Origin: Tricharina praecox
Taxonomy: Eukaryota
NCBI RefSeq assembly: GCF_024521635.1
Contig: NW_026250421.1
Location: forward strand, 496,001-560,000
DNA length: 64,000 nt
Direction: 5' to 3'
Shown: piece by piece, positions 11,026-23,566 of the stretch
Layout of the letters: each line of letters begins with the position of its first letter
Position numbering within the stretch: position 1 is the stretch's first letter
Program-made: the position numbers and the translations under genes
Notes under the pieces: generated by a model
The model's database searches: none
The model's input: only the letters and a program-made list of their open reading frames with translations
Told to the model about the DNA's origin: nothing

Positions 11026-12529
11026 ATGTTGAACCGAACACCCCTCGCAATTCTATCCGGCAACATCACCATCGAGCAGTTCCTATGTATCCCCTGCAGC
11101 CGCAAATTCAACAGCCAGGCAGATTTAGACGCACACATCCGCAGCAGCAAGGCGTTCACGCACTTCACTGTGCCGACGAAAACTATCACGGCCAAGACCA
11201 AAACTCGAGCTGCGCCTATGCATTGTGCATACTGCCAGAACACCGCTACGACCGGTAACTTCCCCGGCCCAAAGGCGGGGTTTTTTCACTAGCAGGCACG
11301 TCCTGGCAAAGCACATAAAGAGGTGCCATCTAGAGGTGGCGCAGTCGGATTCGCCGCCGGAGGAGGTTGTGCTGGATTCGTCGCAAGAGACGGTGCTACA
11401 AACTCAAGAGGTGCTGGATCAAGAGTACCAGCAGAACAATTGAAGCTTCTTCCCATACAATAATAACCTCTGGACAATTGTCCCGCGGGCCCTTGTGGAT
11501 CCCATGATGCGGATACTGTACGGCATATGTCTCTCCAAGGAGGACATGGCCAACAATAATTTCACTATTGAGCTACCGACCAGAGCCGAGATCGAGCTCA
11601 AGGCTCAGTGCTACAATTGCCGCGGTATGTATATCCACTCCACCCTGACCATCTCGTCCACTACTGACCGTTCGTGAACAGCCAGCAAGAACGCCCGCGA
11701 ATGCCGTGCCCATACCGGCGTGATGAACCGCGTATACCAGGGGCATACGATCGACGGGAAACCGAGCGTCGGCTGCGTGTGGAGTTGTTGCATAGCTATG
11801 AGCCGCAACGCCCCGGGCTGCGTGGTGTTCGAGGAGCACAACGTCGAGGACATCCTCGCGTTGGAAGCCAACCTTGCGTTCGCCAGGACGCCGGTCCCCA
11901 TCCACGGTTGCTTCAAGCGCCGCGCCGTAGTCATCGACTGCGAGATGGGCGGGGACCAGTTCGGCCAGTCGGAGCTGATCCTGCTCAGCGTGGTGGACTT
12001 CTTTACCGGGGAGGTGCTGGTCGACTCCCTGGTGGACCCCTCGACCGCGGTCACGGACTGGCGCACGCGCTGTTCCAGTGTCACGGGCGAGGCCATGGAC
12101 GCGGCCAGGGCGAGCGGGAACGTCCTCCGGAGCTGGCAGGGGGCGTGGGATCGCCTGCTGCAATTCATCGACTCGGAAACGGTCGTGGTGGGGTTCGCGC
12201 TCGAGAACAACCTGGATCAGCTACGGCTGATCCATCCGAACGTCGTTGATGCGCGGCTGGCGATCCCGCGGCTCCTGGGCGGGGGGAAGCACGGTGTGCG
12301 TGCGTTGATGGCGGAGCTGCTCGGCAAGGATGTGCAGAACCCCGACAGCGACGGGCATAACTGCCTAGAGGATGTGTTTGCCGCAAGGGAACTCATCCTT
12401 TGGTGTGTTATGAACCCGGAGAAGCTGGAGGTGAGAAAGCTACAGAGTCAGCAGCTTCTCGACGCTCACATCGAGCGCATCAGAGCCACGGCGGGGAAGT
12501 GGCCGAAGCAGATGGAGCTGGGCGACTAG
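11026..12529 (+). pseudogene. C2H2 zinc finger + Rex-like DEDDh 3'-5' RNA exonuclease gene with disrupted 5' part (frameshift near 11277-11290, in-frame TGA 11441-11443); intron 11625-11681
   Basis: Finger 1 is CIPCSRKFNSQADLDAH. Finger 2 is split across two frames (HCAYC...KAGFF / FTSRHVLAKHIKRCH). The frame then continues through one TGA into the exonuclease exon. Confidence 0.6.
11504..12529 (+). CDS. Rex-family DEDDh RNA exonuclease, intact downstream portion (exons 11504-11624, 11682-12529)
   Basis: Intron GTATGT...CTGAC...CAG of 57 nt joins CYNCR to ASKNARECRAHTG. Motifs: WSCC...PGC, VVIDCEMG (ExoI), VGFALENNL (ExoII-like), GHNCLED (ExoIII). Confidence 0.75.
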
Positions 12530-14162
12530 GTCGCAGCTTGGGGACCAGACGCCCAGGACTGTGGCGGATATGGCTGTTACCCGATGGGTAATTGCGTCTA
12601 AGGACGATGGGAACTTTGTTTCCCATTCATATCCGCATATGGGAGGATCTGTTTCGTCTGGTCGGGCTTGTTGAGGAGGTTTTAGTTTAGATACCAATGA
12701 TATCCGTTTGTTTTTAGGGTTAGGCCAGGCTCGAACGAGTGATACACCATGCAGCAGCATTTATTCATCGGTGCTTTGTCTTTTGGAGAGTTGGCGACCG
12801 CCAAGGGCTTTCAATATACCACCTCACTACCTCCTGAGATGGTAATCATTTAGATGACGATTTTCGTGCCGAACGAGGCAAGTTTGTATCTTCAATTGCG
12901 GCTTGCCAGATGGTGAAGATCTCTCATACCTCTTCTCATTTACAACCTCAACCGCAGACGTGGAAATTCCAAGTTTCACTAAATTTTAGCCAGGGGCCAA
13001 GAGAACAACTCTCTTCAAGATCTTAAGACTTATACGGCCTTCTTTTGGAGATGTTCTGGGTTGAGTAGATTCGCCTAGTCATTTTGGAACTCGAAGTCTA
13101 AACTTACGATCCATGGGTATCACCAGCCCTACTCGTCTCACGACGATGCCTGATCTCCTGAAGGCTGAGCGGCGTCGAGTCGACGTGACAGCAGCATACT
13201 CGACCATGTTTTCCAGACGTCCCACGTAGTAGCAAGATTGTACCACCACAGTAAGACTCCAGCTTGGTGGCTTTGGAAGCACTGCCGTTTCTCTATCCAC
13301 CTGACAACGTCTCTGGCATCTTGAAGGGGTTGTTCGTCTCCGCGAAGGTGGGTTACGCTAACAATGTCTCGTAGGCGAGCTATGTAGCCGGCCCACCACT
13401 ACCCCGTGCCTGTTGTGGGGGGGAGAAGGTGTAATCATAGGTGCTGTTAGAAGCGTCTGTGAGGGGGCGGGAGTCGTCAGGGGTGCGTGGTGGGGTAGTT
13501 AGCCAATGCCCATGATCGTGAAGCGAGGGGAATCGACCGTGGTGTTCAGAGATTCGCCGGTACTATTCGAGACGATACCGCCGAAAGGGGGGGCTGCGTT
13601 AGAGATAAAAGTCACCATGAGGACCGTGAGAATGCCGAGAAGATTTATTGTCCTGTAGTTTACGTTGGAGGTAGTGTTGCGGGTGGATAGGTGGAGTGCT
13701 TGGTAGAGAGAGACCGAGAAAGGAGACAGGGGTTAGTACTAAGTAAAGAAACTGCGGGGGAAGCGAATTACATGTGGTGAAGAGAGTGAGCGTGGTCCTG
13801 GATGCAGTCACTTGAGTACTTGCTATTATTTTCGGCGTAGATATCAATTCCATGACGGCATCCTCTGTCCGGCATTGACGGATAAGCACTAGGCAGCCGT
13901 GCGCATCTCTTGAGCAGCGACTTCTGATTCTACGAATGAGCAGAGTATCCATCGACCATGAGAGGGAGGAGTTGCAGGTCAATTTAACGCTCAAGTGCAT
14001 AGGTATTTAGGTGCACACAGGTATGCAGAACGATGAAACAGAGGTAGAAAACCGTATTCATTTGTAGAAGAGGTAGCCTATTTTTGAAACAAAGGAAAAA
14101 ATTAATTCCCCACCCCCCATGAACATTCCATCAAGCCATTAAGATGTAATCGGAAAGAGCGA

Positions 14163-14664
14163 CTAGTAGCACTGGAAGCTCCAGAACTTGTCGTTCCACT
14201 CGTTTCCAACGTTGCCCTCGCCGGGGTGCCTGTAGACCTTGTACTTCATCGCCTGGCCGAGGAGACAGTTGGGCATGCTGCAGCAGATCAGTCAACAACT
14301 TCGGGAGTTAGTTGGAGTTGGGTAGCCTACACGTAGAAGGTGCACCTCACTCCCTTGTTGGGCGCGATGGAGGATATCTGTCCCTGCCTGTATTGTCTCG
14401 ATCAGTGTCGGAACCATGTAATATGTAGGGAGAAGAGTGGAGAGAGAGGTGAGTGACATACATGCCGTACGGAGCCAAATTGACACACTTGCCCATGGGG
14501 AACCACTTGCACTTGTCCGTGAACTCGGCACCGTTGCAGAAGTAGACGCCTCCCGCCTGGGCCGCAACCTCACCGGCATCGCCGCGAGTCTCGATCATGT
14601 CGGCGGGGATGGCGACAGCGTTAACGCCGGCGAAAAGAGAAAGGGCAAGAGCGAGGAGCTTCAT
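14163..14664 (-). CDS. Small secreted Cys-containing protein, beta/gamma-crystallin-like, 124 aa; introns 14388-14461 and 14278-14330
   Basis: Signal peptide MKLLALALSLFAGVNA. The spliced product reads GVYFCNGAEFTDKC...ISSIAPNKGVRCTFY...C...HPG...WNDKFWSFQCY*. Both introns are GT..CAG with branch-like sites and the exons sum to 375 nt. Confidence 0.85.
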
Positions 14665-16642
14665 GATGTTCTTGGGATAGGTGGTGATAGATTGCGAGAG
14701 TTTGTAGGATGATGTGTAGATGATGAGGGTGAAGGCTGTGGTGGAGAGGATGAGGAAGTGTAGGGTGGAAAGGTTAGAAGTGGGTGGAGGGAGGAAAGGT
14801 GGGAGCCTTTTATGGGGGGGACAAAGCGGCTTTGTGGTTCTGTTGTTTCCAAGCCGATGGAACCCGATTCGGTTTGTTTTGATGCAAATCCTTTTCTGTC
14901 CATCTGCATTCGACCCTCTGTGATTCCAAGTGCGCATAATCACCGACGTCGATACTCAAGGAAACCGTCATACTTTGGATCTGGATACTGGCCTTCTATC
15001 GCTCGATTTCACTCTTGAGATGCATATGAGGTAGGCTCTCTACACTGAACTGGCTTCCCTTATGTAGTACACGGGATCAATCTCGACGAGCCTCATCTTG
15101 AGCAGTTACCAGCCATCATACCTTCGTCATCGTGAACTACTTCAGGCTAGCTACTCAGTATCGTAGGCTTCCAAAACCCGCTTCCACGGAGGATGTTGTG
15201 GCCAATGTGTATGTGGATATCTGCATTGATATTCAGCTTCCCAGCGACTGATGAGCGGTGACAAAGTAGCCACTCCTAATATCGACTGACACCGCCTTCC
15301 GGTAGTTAAGAATCCCGCACCGCTTCTACGTCCCCGCCGAGATTTTCGGTGCAGACATATTTTAGCAACCGCGATTTTTAGCGAGTGATAACATATGGTT
15401 TCTTTAACAGAACTGCCAACACCCGCAAGGACCACCGACTACGCCAAGCACCAACGACATCACAATACACACACCTCCGGCAACCACACCAACCTTCCAA
15501 AAATGCCAAGACTATGCGTTGGCACACCAAATGCCCCGCTCACTTTGGCTTCAGGATTCATGTGGCGTGTGTGTCCACTCGTTCCGACCGCGGATTGAGT
15601 GCCCCGACCGACGAATTCGACGACGATGAGCATGAAGCGACAGAGATCAATCGAGCCTCGGTCCCTGGCCGGAGAACTGCACCACCACGGGTGCTACGTC
15701 CAAACCTCTGAAGAAGTCTCACCATCGCTTCCCCGCACATCATCATCGATTTTATCACTCTAGGAGAGCCTGTTTAGCAGGCGATACGGCGACGGCGTGG
15801 AGGAGACTGAAATCCAGAGGGAGAGCTCAGGGCTTGGCCCAGGACAACGTCGACCATGACAACCGGCATTTTGCCAGTCCCGCCTTCGATCCAAATATCT
15901 TCGCTGCTATTCATCGGGCCCCGGCCTTGACAGCTACGCAAACCCCAAGACGACGATTCCTTTCGAGCACCATGCCGTGTGCGCTAGACTGGTTATGTTG
16001 AGGGTAGTACCGAGTGGAGGTATCTTTTGGAGAAGAGGAGGGCTACGAAGCGCCGCTACAGCGCAAAACCGACAACCCGAGCCTCTTCGGAGGCTCACTT
16101 TCAAAATATTGCGAGACGAAGGGATTTGGCTTGTCATTTCTGTATGGATTTGGTGGTGGAATTTCTTTGTCGAAATGTTGTATTGTAGATATCTCTATCG
16201 GCCATAACCTTCGGGTTCCATGCTGTATGAACAATCAATCAATCAATCAATCAATCAACGACATCACAATCTAAAGCAGTCGAAGAAGACCTTGTGATAG
16301 AGGGATGGCGGACTTGTGCGAGATGAGAAAATAAAGGACGGCCCCTGTCAGCGGGAGAAAACGAATGTGGTTAGTGGTGGGCTTCAACGTTGGTGAGCAT
16401 GGCGGGGTCAACCAGGAGGGGAGGAGGGGGCTTAAGCTGGGTCGACCGGAGTTTCTCCTTCTCCTTGCTTGTCCTCCCTCTCTCGACCCGTCACTTTCCG
16501 GTCTGGAGAGACATTGGCGAAAGAGCCCTCACAGAACCCTCGTTTTGAGAGAGAATCCGTAAAGAACGGATGAAGGTCACCTTGGACAGCCACTGCAGGT
16601 TTGTGTTGCATGACGTGACAACCCGAAGATCGGCCCGTCAGT

Positions 16643-16771
16643 CTCGAGCTCGACCTTCCGTGCCTCGAGCTCGATCTGTCGTTCCTCGAGCTCGACCTTC
16701 CTTGCTTCGAGCTCGATCTTCCGTGCCTCGAGCTCGACCTTCCTTGTCTTGAGCTCGATCTTTCGTGTCTC
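16643..16771 (-). repeat. Six-unit 21-bp tandem repeat encoding heptads (RK[IV]ELEA) on the minus strand; probable coiled-coil gene relic
   Basis: GAGCTC recurs at 16646, 16667, 16688, 16709, 16730 and 16751. The minus frame reads RKIELKT RKVELEA RKIELEA RKVELEE RQIELEA RKVELET. Confidence 0.85.
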
Positions 16772-19700
16772 GGGGACAGTTAGTCCTCTAGGATTCACGC
16801 TGAGTGCAATGCATGGACGCTTTCGCGCGGGCCTAGGTGTTGATATAACTTTCCCACCTGTGCTAGACAGAAAAGAAAGGCAAACAGAGGATTCCCTCGG
16901 TGTGGCATTTCCCCTACTTCTCGACCACTCAATCACTGCTATGCCACCTATCCATGCTCTTATTCCCTGGGTTTCGCCGGAGGCGGGAACTTATCTTCTT
17001 CGACCACGGCTGCGTCCCCGGCCGGCTATGGCCACTCATCCTTTCAGTACAAAAGGGTGACGATCGTTCTGTGGTTTCCGGTGAAGCCTATTGGGTCATC
17101 GTCTCACGGAGGCGAATTTCAGGCTCCAGCAGCTATTACAGAATCTTTGTACCACGGTGACAATCATCATTTGAAGTCCTTTGCTCAGCCTGTTCTTGAG
17201 GATATCACCGATACATTCTGGTCAGCGCGAACTGAGGCCGTAGGGAAGTGAATATGTCTTGCAGTAAGAATAACGTGATAGTAACCCTAGCTTACTGTCA
17301 TCTACACGCTGATCCGGCCGCAAAATCTGATTCAAGATTCAAAGCCACCCCGCCAAACTACCTGCGAACGGCTTTGCTGGCTACCCGCGGCTCAGGGGGA
17401 AACCCCCGGCCCGTCCCGCCGTCATATGCTGTGGCAATCAGTCTAACCAGCTAATCCGGTAGAGTTTCACAGCCGGTTGTGAGAGTTCGAGAGCACTAAT
17501 ATATAGGCATACCGGTATCTACGCCACGAGTATCATTTGCTGTAGATAGCAGCTGCCTCCCCGAGGCACCGCCCAGAAGTTTCTGATTGCACCTCTATCA
17601 CTCGACCCGGTCGGTATGTAGCTCGTCGACTTGTGTACGACGTTGCGAAGAGATTAGCCACTCAATCGACTCTATTTTCCCCTCCTTTACTCTTTCTTTG
17701 CTATGTAGTTGTCGTATCCGTATCGTTCACCTAGTCTGTTCGCGCGAGAACAACCTGCACCGCCACGCCGGAAGGGCAGGCCATCACTAGTATTTGCCTA
17801 AACCCCCGAAGTACTGACACCATCCTTCCTTCTAGGTCCTATTGAGCTTCCGGTAGGTATGCCAAACAGCCATATTCAACGTTGCTGGCGCAAATATTTT
17901 GTTCTATGTGTGTGCACATCATACACGGACAATAAAGCGCGCCCGTTCCTGGAGGCTTCCGCTGAAGTTTGCAACATTCTACCACGTTTAGATGATTTGG
18001 GCCGTCCAACGTTTCCTTTGCCGAGGGACCGAAGCAATTCACAAGTTTAGCAACAACTCAATCTAGCACCCAATCTAGCACCACCAGCACGGGTGCCGAT
18101 ACATCTCGACTCGCGAGATTTGAGTTCTCCCGACACGGTAGTTAGGATGATTATCCATTCACTAACGTCCCCCGCCCCCCGCCTCCCCCGATAGCGCTCG
18201 GCCCCCGTCAACCGGCCAGATCCGGCCAGATCCAGCCAGATCTGGTAGGAGATCTTTCAGCCTCCACCTCTCGCGCTTTGCAAATCCGGAGCTTTTACCC
18301 ATTCCCGGAGGAGCCGCACGATGGTACATGGTAGGTATGTAGCGTTGCGAATCGACCTCCGCGGGCGGCAGGCGCTCAGTGAGGCCGGACTCGCGGCGGC
18401 TAGCACGGAATCCTCCCTTCGGTTCTCCTTCGGGTCAGTACCGACGCGAGATTTCTAGGGCTGGCCGGCAACACGGTTGTTTCAACGAGGGCGAGGGATC
18501 CTTACATAAGCTCAAGCGGGACAAGCAGGACAAGCAGGACAAGCGAGCAACATTTCTGGCATCACCGATCCGGTTCGGCCAGAGGGTGAGCGTAACCGGT
18601 GACGGAGCCGCCATTCTTTCTCGTGCGGAGCTGAGTGAAAGTAGTTCCCCGGGTAAATTTTGAAGCGCCGAGATGTTCAGCTTCGGCTGATCTTGATAGT
18701 TATGCACTGTAGCAGTGTAGCTGCTTATTTAACGACCGTGTGCTTGCCCTTCGACATGAGGCAGAACTGGAGGAAATATCTTTGAGAGGCTCATGGAGCT
18801 AGAGTCGATCCATCACAGAAGCCATCTCGCACAACCATCAGGCGGAACAACCAGAGATCTATATATGTGGGAGTCAAATACAAAGGTACTTCGGAATCGA
18901 GGTAGCAGAGGTGGAATAACTAACCCTAAATGATAACCTTTATGGGACTAGTTGATGAATGCACACCCGAGTGCCTACGGAGGGGAGTGGAGTCTTCAGA
19001 CTTTTCATGGTCAGGGGAATCCATGATACCGACACAAATCGACATCCTGGTGGAGAAGTTATGCCGCCGGATATACTTCGATGGCTGTCTGGGAAGAAGC
19101 ATGGATTGAGAATTACAATGCCGTCTCAGGCGGCTTGGAGAACCAACCACAATCGGATTTAAGCTCGCACATATTTAGGATCTGTAGGAGATATAGATGT
19201 TCCCCGGGAGGACGAAACGAAGCTAGCATGATCAGGAGAGTGCTACGCATTATTTTGAGGACGCAACGGAGAACTACTAACTGGTAGTGACGGACTAGTG
19301 ATGGAAATCAGCCAACTGACCATTTCGCGAGTCGAAAAGGTGTTGTTTGTTGCAGGTTCTCCCCACTACGGGGTAGAGATTTCGTCGGAAGGCGTCTCGG
19401 CGAGATAGGATCGCCCCCGGCTGTAGGATTGACCAGGTACTGGCCTATTTCTGTATGCTTTCCCTCCAGCTAGATATGATACATACCTCCATCAAAAGCA
19501 CTACAAGGAGGATACAGGCATAACTACCTAGGTCAAGTGGTGGGAACGACCGTTTCCTTTCCAGTCAACCACTCCAGAATCCAGATTGGCATGGGGTGTG
19601 AGACTGCAAAACTAAACCCCGCATTGCAGGTCAAGTTCCTTTCCGCCAATGATCAGTGCTGAAACTAGCTAACGCAGCTCAAGTCGCACAGCAGTAGCTA

Positions 19701-21600
19701 CGCGGCACTTTCACTCATTAGACGAACTCTCTTTCCGCGCGTGCCGTTGTGCAATCGAATCCATCTGCTATACTCGTAACTCAATACCGATATATATGGC
19801 CAGATGGTTTCTACTTTGGGTACATTTGCCCAGTCTTCACGCCTTTCTCACGTTCCCGGGTTGCTGTGATCTTGTTTGGCGAGTCCACCTGCCGGCAAAT
19901 CTAGACGCAAATCCCGAAGCGAGAAATCGGAGACTTGGATCATAGAATTCTTTGAATTACAGCACGCATAGGGCTTGCCGTGAATAGCTGAGTAATATTT
20001 TCCCCTCCTGCATGCCCTCTAAACCGCGCAGCAGCACTAACCTAGCTGCGTTCGGTCGACCAACTAGAAGAACATCTTGGAAGAAGCATCGGTACATACC
20101 AGGCACCCACCTCCGAATTGGAAAGTTCCCTTAGAAATCAGTGAAGTCGAAGCTACTCCCTGTTCACTGTTCATGAAACTTGGTGCTGAAGGTTTGAGGG
20201 GGCGGGTGGTTAGTGTGGCCACTAGAATCATACTAGAGTCATATCTCATGACGTCGAGAGCCAGCTTGCACGGACTGAAAGCCGTTCATTCATACTTTGC
20301 GGTGCCGAGCCGCCCTTCCACGCTCCCAGCCCCCAGCTCCCAGCCCCCGATACAGGATCCACTGTCGTCCATCATCTGAGGGCTTATGAAGGTAGAGTAC
20401 CCACTCCAACATATGCGCGCTGGAGATGCTGTGGTATTGCATGCCTGTGCCCAGCGCCTCAGCGGGAAGTCTGCGTTATGCTTGGAGATAAGCCGCATGG
20501 ACCTGGCTCATCCTGGAGACCGGAAGTTATATTGGCGATCCATTTCTCATACAGCAGCCCGTCGTACGTACCCACAACTCAGGCCGTCATCTGAAGCCGG
20601 ACTCCTTGTATCGTGACCATTGCGTGCAGGGCTGTTCCCGGGAGAGGACGTGAATCGTAAAACTGTTTGGCTCCGTATCGCTTCCGCCTGACATGTGCCT
20701 ACCTATCAAAGTTTGGCTCTGTATAATCATTGGGGCGGTTTACGGTTCTAGGCCTCGTTTCGTCCTGTCCTGTTCACGACTGACGGGCTGCGCCAGGGAA
20801 CTACATGGCTTGCGCTTGAGCGGCTCAATAATTCGACCTAAGCAATCGGCAATCTAGTGGCTGCGATTCTTGCCTACCTCACATGGCTGTCTCAGGCGAG
20901 TGTGATAGCCCGACATACGCCCATCACCGTGCGGAAGCCTTGTGTGGACTCCTCCTTTCCAGGAGGACTGAGACTGTTTCTGACGGCAACTAAGCCCGAA
21001 AATCATCTTCTGTGCGTTTCCGCCGAGGTTTCCGGAAGGCCGGAGAGAGACGGGTGTTTCTCTTGCACCTGGGCCCAGTCCCGAATAGGTGCATATGTAC
21101 ATACATTCTCCAGTTACAACTCCTGTTCGCCAATCTTCATGTATCGGAAAATCTTCCCTGCGAAGCTACTAATTTAATGAACTCCGATTCTCGCTCTTTT
21201 CCGGTGAGCACTGGACGCCCGATCTCCTCGCTCTGTACCGGCGAGCAGACGCCAACTCTTCTCATTCTTTACCGGCGAGCACACGCCAACCCCACGGACG
21301 CGTACGGGAGGCTGATATGTACCTTTTTAGCACTCTTCAGAGATGTGAGAACACCCATGTTACTTAGGTACCCTCCAGCAGATGCGTTTTACCAGCCAAG
21401 TGCTTACCCGCAAGAAAAGGACTAGCGATGTCTCGGGACCCACCACACCGGTAATGTGGAGCGTCCATTCTACTATATGCTACATTATCGAGTTCACCGC
21501 TCCACGGCGAAGTATATGTATTACCCACGATTCCCCTTCCTCTTGGGGAGATTTTTTTTTTCTTCCTTCTTTTGATACGTCCAGTTTTGCGCGAATCGAC

Positions 21601-23097
21601 ATGCACCTCTACCCTCGAGCCGATGCAGTATTTAAAATCGCGCCGGGCGACAATGGCATAATACCCGATGCAACGATCAAGATACTGGGGCTGGCCACCG
21701 ACGATATAGGACCGCGGTTGAGCATTACGTCAATCACTCTGTGCGTCATCTCCCTGGCCGTCGTGACTACGAGGTTATATGGTAGGGCGTGCATCTTAAG
21801 GATGGTTGGCCGGGAGGACTACTGCATCGTTGTTGCCATGGTACGCAATGAACTACATACTATTGGATACCCACTGGGGTGGGAACGACAATTCTCCGGA
21901 TACTGATGATGTGGTGGAACTATCAAGGCAGCTGCCGTAGGGCTGTCGGTCATGATGGCTCTGTGCGTGGACGCAGGTGTGGGGAGACATATATGGACGG
22001 TCGGTTACAAGGGGATAGAGGCATTTCTGAAGGTATTTTTCCGCTCCGCGAGCGGCCTTGGATGGGGGGTGGGGTTCGTCTTGCTAAGATAATCCCAAGT
22101 ATGTCTACCTGAGTCATCTGCTGTACCTCACATCACTCGCCTTTGCACGCGCGTCACTTTTGTTGCAACTCCTACGACTCACGCCGTCGGTGCAGTGGCG
22201 GATGGTGTTCTGGACGATCTTCGGCATCACGGCTACATTCTCCGTCACGGCTTTCTTCCTGCACGCCTTCGTCTGCGGGAGAGACCCCTCGCAGTTCTGG
22301 GACGTCGAGATGTACTTCTCGAAGAATCAGTGCATGGACTACTTCCAGCTGCAGACGGCCGTGGGAACAGTCAATATCTTTACCGACTTCGTGGTCTGGC
22401 TGGCGCCGCTCAGGATTGTTTGGCAGGTGAAGCTGCCGTGGAATCAGAAAGCTAGTCTGACTGTGGTTTTCTTGTTGGGCGCAACGTAAGCAACCCGCAA
22501 GCAGTGAATGGATGGATGGATGGATGGATGGATGGATGGATGGATGGGGTGCCGATTACTGACGAGACTCGAAACAGCGTATGGATCGCCGCCATTGTGC
22601 GCCTTGTGTACGCCCACCAGCTCGGAGTGAAAGTCAGCGAAGGAGGGATCATGGACGTATCGTGTGAGTCCCCTCGCGCGTACGCGCTCAATTCGGTCCG
22701 GCCGACACTGATCCTCCTACTAGACGATGTCCTCAACGGCGTGCTCTGGTCCGTAATCGAAGTCAACGTCGCCCTGATCTGCAGTTCCCTCCCCACGATC
22801 CGGCCGGTGATAAAGCAGATCATCCCCGGCATCCTGGGCACCAACGACACCGGTAGCCACTCCGCCATGCCCCAGCACACGCCCATCTCGACCGCCTATG
22901 TATCGCGCAATAACAACTCGGTGATCAAGACCGCGCCCATCAAGCTCGCCGATATAGAGCGGTATCCATCGACGGAGGGGTTTGCATCGACCCAGCAGTT
23001 TGATGATGATGCTGAGGGGAGCCATGGCCGCGGTCGCTTAAATAGCGTGTTGTTTAAAAGGGTGGAAGCGACAGACACAGTTGGCCCGGCAGGCTGA
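21601..23097 (+). CDS. PTH11-like integral membrane protein (fungal rhodopsin-domain GPCR-like, no CFEM); introns 21841-21927, 22033-22099, 22486-22577, 22664-22723
   Basis: Spliced motifs RLYGR...GREDY, GVGRHIW, ARASLLLQLLRL, NIFTDFVVWLAPL, QKASLTVVFLLG, AAIVRL, WSVIEVNVALICSSLPTIRP. Frames join across all four introns. Confidence 0.9.
22508..22546. repeat. (GGAT)n microsatellite in intron 3 of the PTH11-like gene
   Basis: Direct reading: atggatggatggatgg... Confidence 0.9.
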
Positions 23098-23566
23098 GCT
23101 GAGTGTTGTTTTGATAATGAATTCGAGTTCTCTATGGAGTGTGGTGGAGGCATGGGGCAGTCCAGACGACAGTGGGGGGGCAGAAGCAAGTCGTGTCCCG
23201 TTCCGAGCAAATTCTTCGCTCGCGGTCGGTTTGATCAGGATCGAGCACCGTCGATATGCGAAGAAGCGAATGAGAGATTCAGGTTATTGATCTGGTCGAT
23301 AGAGCGTTGCAGAGAATAAACGGCTTGAAGTTTTTGGACTGGGCAGAAGAACCGGCTGTCACTCGGTGGTCTATTCGCGTGATTTCGGGGCAGCACTCGG
23401 CTAGCATAGATTTTCCGGCGCTTTCCTAAGAGTACCATCACATCGCACACACACAAGTGATCAACGGTCCCTAATAAAAGCCCCTGTATGAGTAACATGG
23501 CGTCCCTCCGTATCTTATCCATCAAACCAAACCATCACCATCACAAATATCACTCGATTGAGCAAC

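Noticed and set aside
11255..11333. Possible intron GTAACT...TAG that would fix the exonuclease frameshift
   Set aside because: No good branch site near the acceptor, and it would delete the His half of the zinc finger. Nearer acceptors give the wrong phase.
16643..16771. Regularly spaced palindromic GAGCTC repeats as a possible CRISPR-like array
   Set aside because: Units are contiguous with no unique spacers, the context is eukaryotic, and no cas genes are present.
15385..21400. Many short ORFs and coding-like scraps
   Set aside because: Frequent stops and no family recognised apart from the heptad repeat. Possibly old relics but unsupported.
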